From Octopus bimaculoides (taxonomy: Eukaryota): DNA of 53,868 nucleotides. The stretch spans positions 24,561,727-24,615,594 of the forward strand of contig NC_069003.1 in assembly GCF_001194135.2 (NCBI RefSeq), read 5' to 3'. A program made the translations under genes and the position numbers. Shown here piece after piece: positions 49,041-53,868 of this stretch. The first letter of the stretch is position 1, and each line of letters begins with the position of its first letter. Under the pieces are notes generated by a model, which saw only the letters and a program-made list of their open reading frames with translations, searched no databases and had not been told where the DNA came from.

Positions 49041-50006
49041 GAGGAAAAAGACAGACGAAGCGGTGCTGGAGACTGAGGAGAAAAAGGAAGAAGTACAGAT
49101 AGATGGAAGGAACAAGGAGGATGAATTGAGAGTGACAGAGAATAAAAGGAATAAAGAGAAAGAAGAGGAAGAACAGTCAGTGTGATGTGGGACCCCAGGC
49201 CAACTCCATCCCACCCAAGACCACTCAGACCCACCCTCCCCATNNNNNNNNNNNNNNNNNNNNNNNNNNNNNNNNNNNNNNNNNNNNNNNNNNNNNNNNN
49301 NNNNNNNNNNNNNNNNNNNNNNNNNNNNNNNNNNNNNNNNNNNNNNNNNNNNNNNNNNNNNNNNNNNNNNNNNNNNNNNNNNNNNNNNNNNNNNNNNNNN
49401 NNNNNNNNNNNNNNNNNNNNNNNNNNNNNNNNNNNNNNNNNNNNNNNNNNNNNNNNNNNNNNNNNNNNNNNNNNNNNNNNNNNNNNNNNNNNNNNNNNNN
49501 NNNNNNNNNNNNNNNNNNNNNNNNNNNNNNNNNNNNNNNNNNNNNNNNNNNNNNNNNNNNNNNNNNNNNNNNNNNNNNNNNNNNNNNNNNNNNNNNNNNN
49601 NNNNNNNNNNNNNNNNNNNNNNNNNNNNNNNNNNNNNNNNNNNNNNNNNNNNNNNNNNNNNNNNNNNNNNNNNNNNNNNNNNNNNNNNNNNNNNNNNNNN
49701 NNNNNNNNNNNNNNNNNNNNNNNNNNNNNNNNNNNNNNNNNNNNNNNNNNNNNNNNNNNNNNNNNNNNNNNNNNNNNNNNNNNNNNNNNNNNNNNNNNNN
49801 NNNNNNNNNNNNNNNNNNNNNNNNNNNNNNNNNNNNNNNNNNNNNNNNNNNNNNNNNNCTCTATGTGGCCTGCTTGTTTGTTGTACCTTGTTTATCATTT
49901 TGTCTATGTTCTTTTGCAACGTCATGTACCCAGATATGTATTTATATGTACATGTAGATGAAGGTATGTACATACATGTACAGATATATGCATATACTCA
50001 TATATT

Positions 50007-50040
<34 letters not shown>

Positions 50041-50947
50041 GTGTGTGTGTGTGCGTGCGTGCGTGTCTATGGATGTGTGTGCGTGCACGCGTTTGTCCCT
50101 CCCACCTCCGATTGACAACCGGTGTTTGTGTTTACGTACCCGTAACCTAGTGGTTCGGCGACGAAACCGATAAAATAAGTACTAGGCTTAAAGGGAAAAA
50201 AATAACAAAATAAGTTTCGGGACTGATTCATTCGACTAAAATTCTTCGAGCTAGTGCCCCAGCATGGCCTCAACCTTATGAATGAATCAAATAAAAGATA
50301 AAAGATATATATACAGCGCGGGGTGGGGGGAAGCGTGTACGTGTGTGCGCGTGCGCGCATATGTTATAAAAACATTGAGTCCAACAAAATGCGTTTTATT
50401 TCGTTCGAGAATACACCTTTTTGATGAATTAAGCCTTAATAAAACCTGTTCTCAGACAGAATTAGAGCTCCGGATGCTTTAGTGCAGCAAGTTTTGCTGT
50501 GCTCACCTGAACAGGTAACGTCAGGATCTGCCCATAACGTATATATGTTACACATACTTATACACACGCATATATTTGTATTAAATATTGTTTGTGAGTA
50601 TACAGAGAGAGAGGGGGGAAGGGGAGAGAGACAGACCAAAGAGAACATATCAATTCAACACATTTCTATGTACACCTATGCATATACTTCTATATAAAAT
50701 ATACACGCGTGTGTATTGTATAGATGCACCTTTGACTAGGGCACATACACCAATGTAGCACATGATAGTATCAAGCTGTCTTAATTACCATCACCACCAC
50801 CACCACCACTACTATAGTCTTCGTCGTCACCGCCCTCATTTCTTTCACTGATTCACAGATCAGTTTTTGACAGTGGAGTAGTGACGGTTGGATTGTTAGT
50901 AACCACCCGGGGCAATTCCAGTGAATACCTCGCGGTGTGCCTTGTAT

Positions 50948-50994
<47 letters not shown>

Positions 50995-53467
50995 CAAGCA
51001 TTCCCTTTAACATCGAAACGGGAGGACGTTTTAACTAACAGGTAAGATGATTTTTAATGAGACGATATACTTTTACAAAAACTTTTTTTCTGTTGTTCTG
51101 CCTACACACACATCTTAAGTTGTGGTGTGTGAAGTATTTTGTCGTTGTTACAAAATTTAACACGCACCCATACACACACAAGTATATATGTATACAATCT
51201 ATTTATATATACACATATGTATATGTACACAATTATACAAGCATACATACCCGCAGACTAAGTGTGTGTGTATGTGTGTCTGTCTACTGATAGATCTCTC
51301 TATCTACTTATATATATCGTAGGCAATATGACATTTTGAAATGATCTAAACTTTTGTTGTGATAATTGCCTTCTCCTCAGCCCTTCATTTGTTTTCTTCC
51401 ACGGGCCCATCCATACACACACTATTTTATAATTCCCATAACGGGTCACACACACGCACACACTGTATCAATAATCTACAATCGATTTCAAATATATTGA
51501 TTTTTATCCTACTTCCAAATCAACAAGTGGTCATGTTGCAGTTTAGATTTTAATAAATCTGCTTCAACTATTTAAAATTTTTTTTTTGTTTGCCATCCGT
51601 CCTTCCGGGTTCGACAAAATTCTGTTGCAGCCAAGGCTCGTCTTCTGTTTATCAGATTTAATATACGTACCTTCCATCCTTAAATATGAATGCGTGTGAT
51701 TTAGAGGCGATCTTTAAATTATATTAATGATTACTATCCGGGGTTCTATGTTTAACCTATCAGTCCTCACATGGTTCATATATATATATTCGAGTATTTG
51801 GGTGAAGTTCTTGACAACTTCGTGTTGAGCTTCGTTTCCAGACAAATAATATCATTGTTCTTCAAGGAAGTATGACGTCGAAAAAAAAATGACGAAGAGG
51901 GTATGAAAGAACAGAATGCAAACTCGGTCACCGTGAGAAGACTACAAAGATATGAAAAATGAAATCCACTCCATGTAAACTATATGGTGTAAGCAATTAT
52001 TTCTGCTGTAGGTCCATTATGTTACATAGTTACTCGCGCTCGTGCACACACACATATATATATATATAGGCATATTTTATCGTCTATAATATATATGTGT
52101 ATATATGTATATATTAGTATGTGTAATATATATGTGTATATATGTATATATTAGTATGTATAATATATATATGTATATACACTGTTAACTTGAGATTCCT
52201 TAGCGCGAATAATTATTACATCTGAGGATCTGTTAGCAGCTTGGAAACAAACATATGTAGCCTGAATTTTACCTGCTCCACTCCCTAAATTTGTACATAC
52301 ATATTTATTGTTCTTCGAATGCGCGCGCTGTTTGTCAGTGACCATTTTCCTTCGATCTGCGCCCCCACTCTCTGTTGTCTCTTCGGCCAGCCAAACAACT
52401 TTATAATGTCGTTTAACATAGACCTCACCTTTGATCAAACTTATTCCAATCATGACCTTTCCTTAAGTACAGGCATTTGAACACCTCATACGTGTCCTTT
52501 TCCTAAAGAACTTAGGGTGTATTTTTTAGGGAGATTTGACTGGTATTTCTAGCAGAAATAGCGGCTTCCCTTTTAACCGTCCGTCCCTGCTGTTTCTTCG
52601 TTTAATCGATCTCAGCCCCGCTCTCTTTGCCCCTCTCCGGACCCTGAATGAAGTTATTACAGGTACGAGTTATAATCATGTAATTAGGGCACCACCCAAA
52701 CTTCATTAATGGTTCCACCCCAAGAAATAGACACACGTAGCATTTGGATTCAGCTGACACATTAGACGAACACTTACACTATTAATGTCTTCTTTAAATC
52801 TACACAGCGGGAACTATAAATAAATAAATAAAACGAAAGGACCCCCACTTCCCTTTCTTTCCACAAAAGCTGTTTTTGTCAGTTTTAATTTAGAATGAAA
52901 TGAAAGAAGGCGTGACAGACGAAGTGGAATATTTTAGTTGGGTGTTGATAGGGTTGGAATTCTGCCAGGGTCGAAGTCCTTTTTTTTGTTAATTTGGCCA
53001 TAAAATAAAGTATCTGTATCGGCTGTTGTTATTGAACCCCCACCACATCAAAGGCATTCTAGCCTTTTACAAAAAATCCAGGTGTAACAAGCACAAGAAC
53101 TACAAATTGCCACCCTCCCACCAGATTTCGTTTCCTCATAACTTCCTGAAAAATACATATTTTTGAATGACGTTTTGTAGAGATACGTTTTCGAGGGTGC
53201 AGGTTAGGTAAGGATGGTTCGAAATTGATTATCACCCCCGACCCCGACACACACACAAAAATAAATAAATAAATAAAGAGAAAGTAAAAATATTGAAATT
53301 AAATTGCGAAAATCGATTGGCTGACCGTTGGGAGAAGAACGATCCGAAACTCATCAATATTTTAATTTTTATTCACAATTGTATTCTAAACCCTCGACAA
53401 AGGACTTTCTGCAAAATATTGTACAAAATATGTATTTTAAATAGTTATATCCTTTTCTACTCTAGAC

Positions 53468-53642
53468 ACGAGGCCCAAAATTTTGGGGGAGGAGCCAGTC
53501 GATTAGATCGACCCCAATACGCAACTTGTACTTAATTTATCGACCCCGAAAGGATGAAAGGCAAAGTCGACTTCAGCGGAATTTGAACTTAGAACGTAAA
53601 GACAGACGAAATACCGCTAAGCATTTCACCCGGCGTGCTAGG
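53468..53642 (-). mobile_element. SINE family A
   Basis: Well-preserved core and B box. Confidence 0.75.
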
Positions 53643-53868
53643 GGAAAACAAAGTTATATCGCGTAATAATATGCAATTTGGCTCCTCTTTCTTGTAAGTC
53701 AAAGGCGGCAGCAATAGAGCCTCCGTTGTTGTGGTGTATAAAATATGTGACCCAATAAAGTATGTGACCCTGTTATAAATATATATAAGAAAGAAAGAAA
53801 GAAAGGCCGAATTACAACATTGGAAATTTTCTCCAAGTTGCATTCTGAAAAAAAAAACAACTAATGTA

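Noticed and set aside
3391-49973. Long ORF-track entries rich in X, YI, CV, HT or ER repeats
   Set aside because: They are translations of N gaps, microsatellites and the minisatellite, not genes.
52151-52453. 100-aa minus-strand ORF
   Set aside because: No recognisable domain or consistent splice boundaries; it ends in a TA tract.

Overview
Repeat-dense, AT-rich animal genomic scaffold with many N gaps. The SINE, RTE and microsatellite landscape suggests an octopus/cephalopod genome (inference from recall, no search run). The main host feature is a minus-strand CCDC17-like gene largely missed by the ORF track. Ten GT-AG exons between 32098 and 15599 splice with consistent phases into about 422 codons: coiled coil, then a C2-like region. 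A candidate RFX X-box promoter lies at about 37290. The rest is tRNA-derived SINEs (four modular families), RTE, Tx1-like and RLE-type LINE fragments, Tc1/mariner and hAT elements, a GG-ended MITE with 8-bp TSD, and a short-LTR gag-only retroelement. Best leads: hammerhead-ribozyme cores in Penelope-like repeats, a 131-bp hairpin 40 nt from a splice acceptor that pairs fully only on the gene-sense strand, acceptors using microsatellites instead of pyrimidine tracts, and telomere-repeat cargo in small inverted-repeat elements. No CRISPR, rRNA or true tRNA genes. Repeat boundaries are approximate unless a TIR or TSD is quoted.
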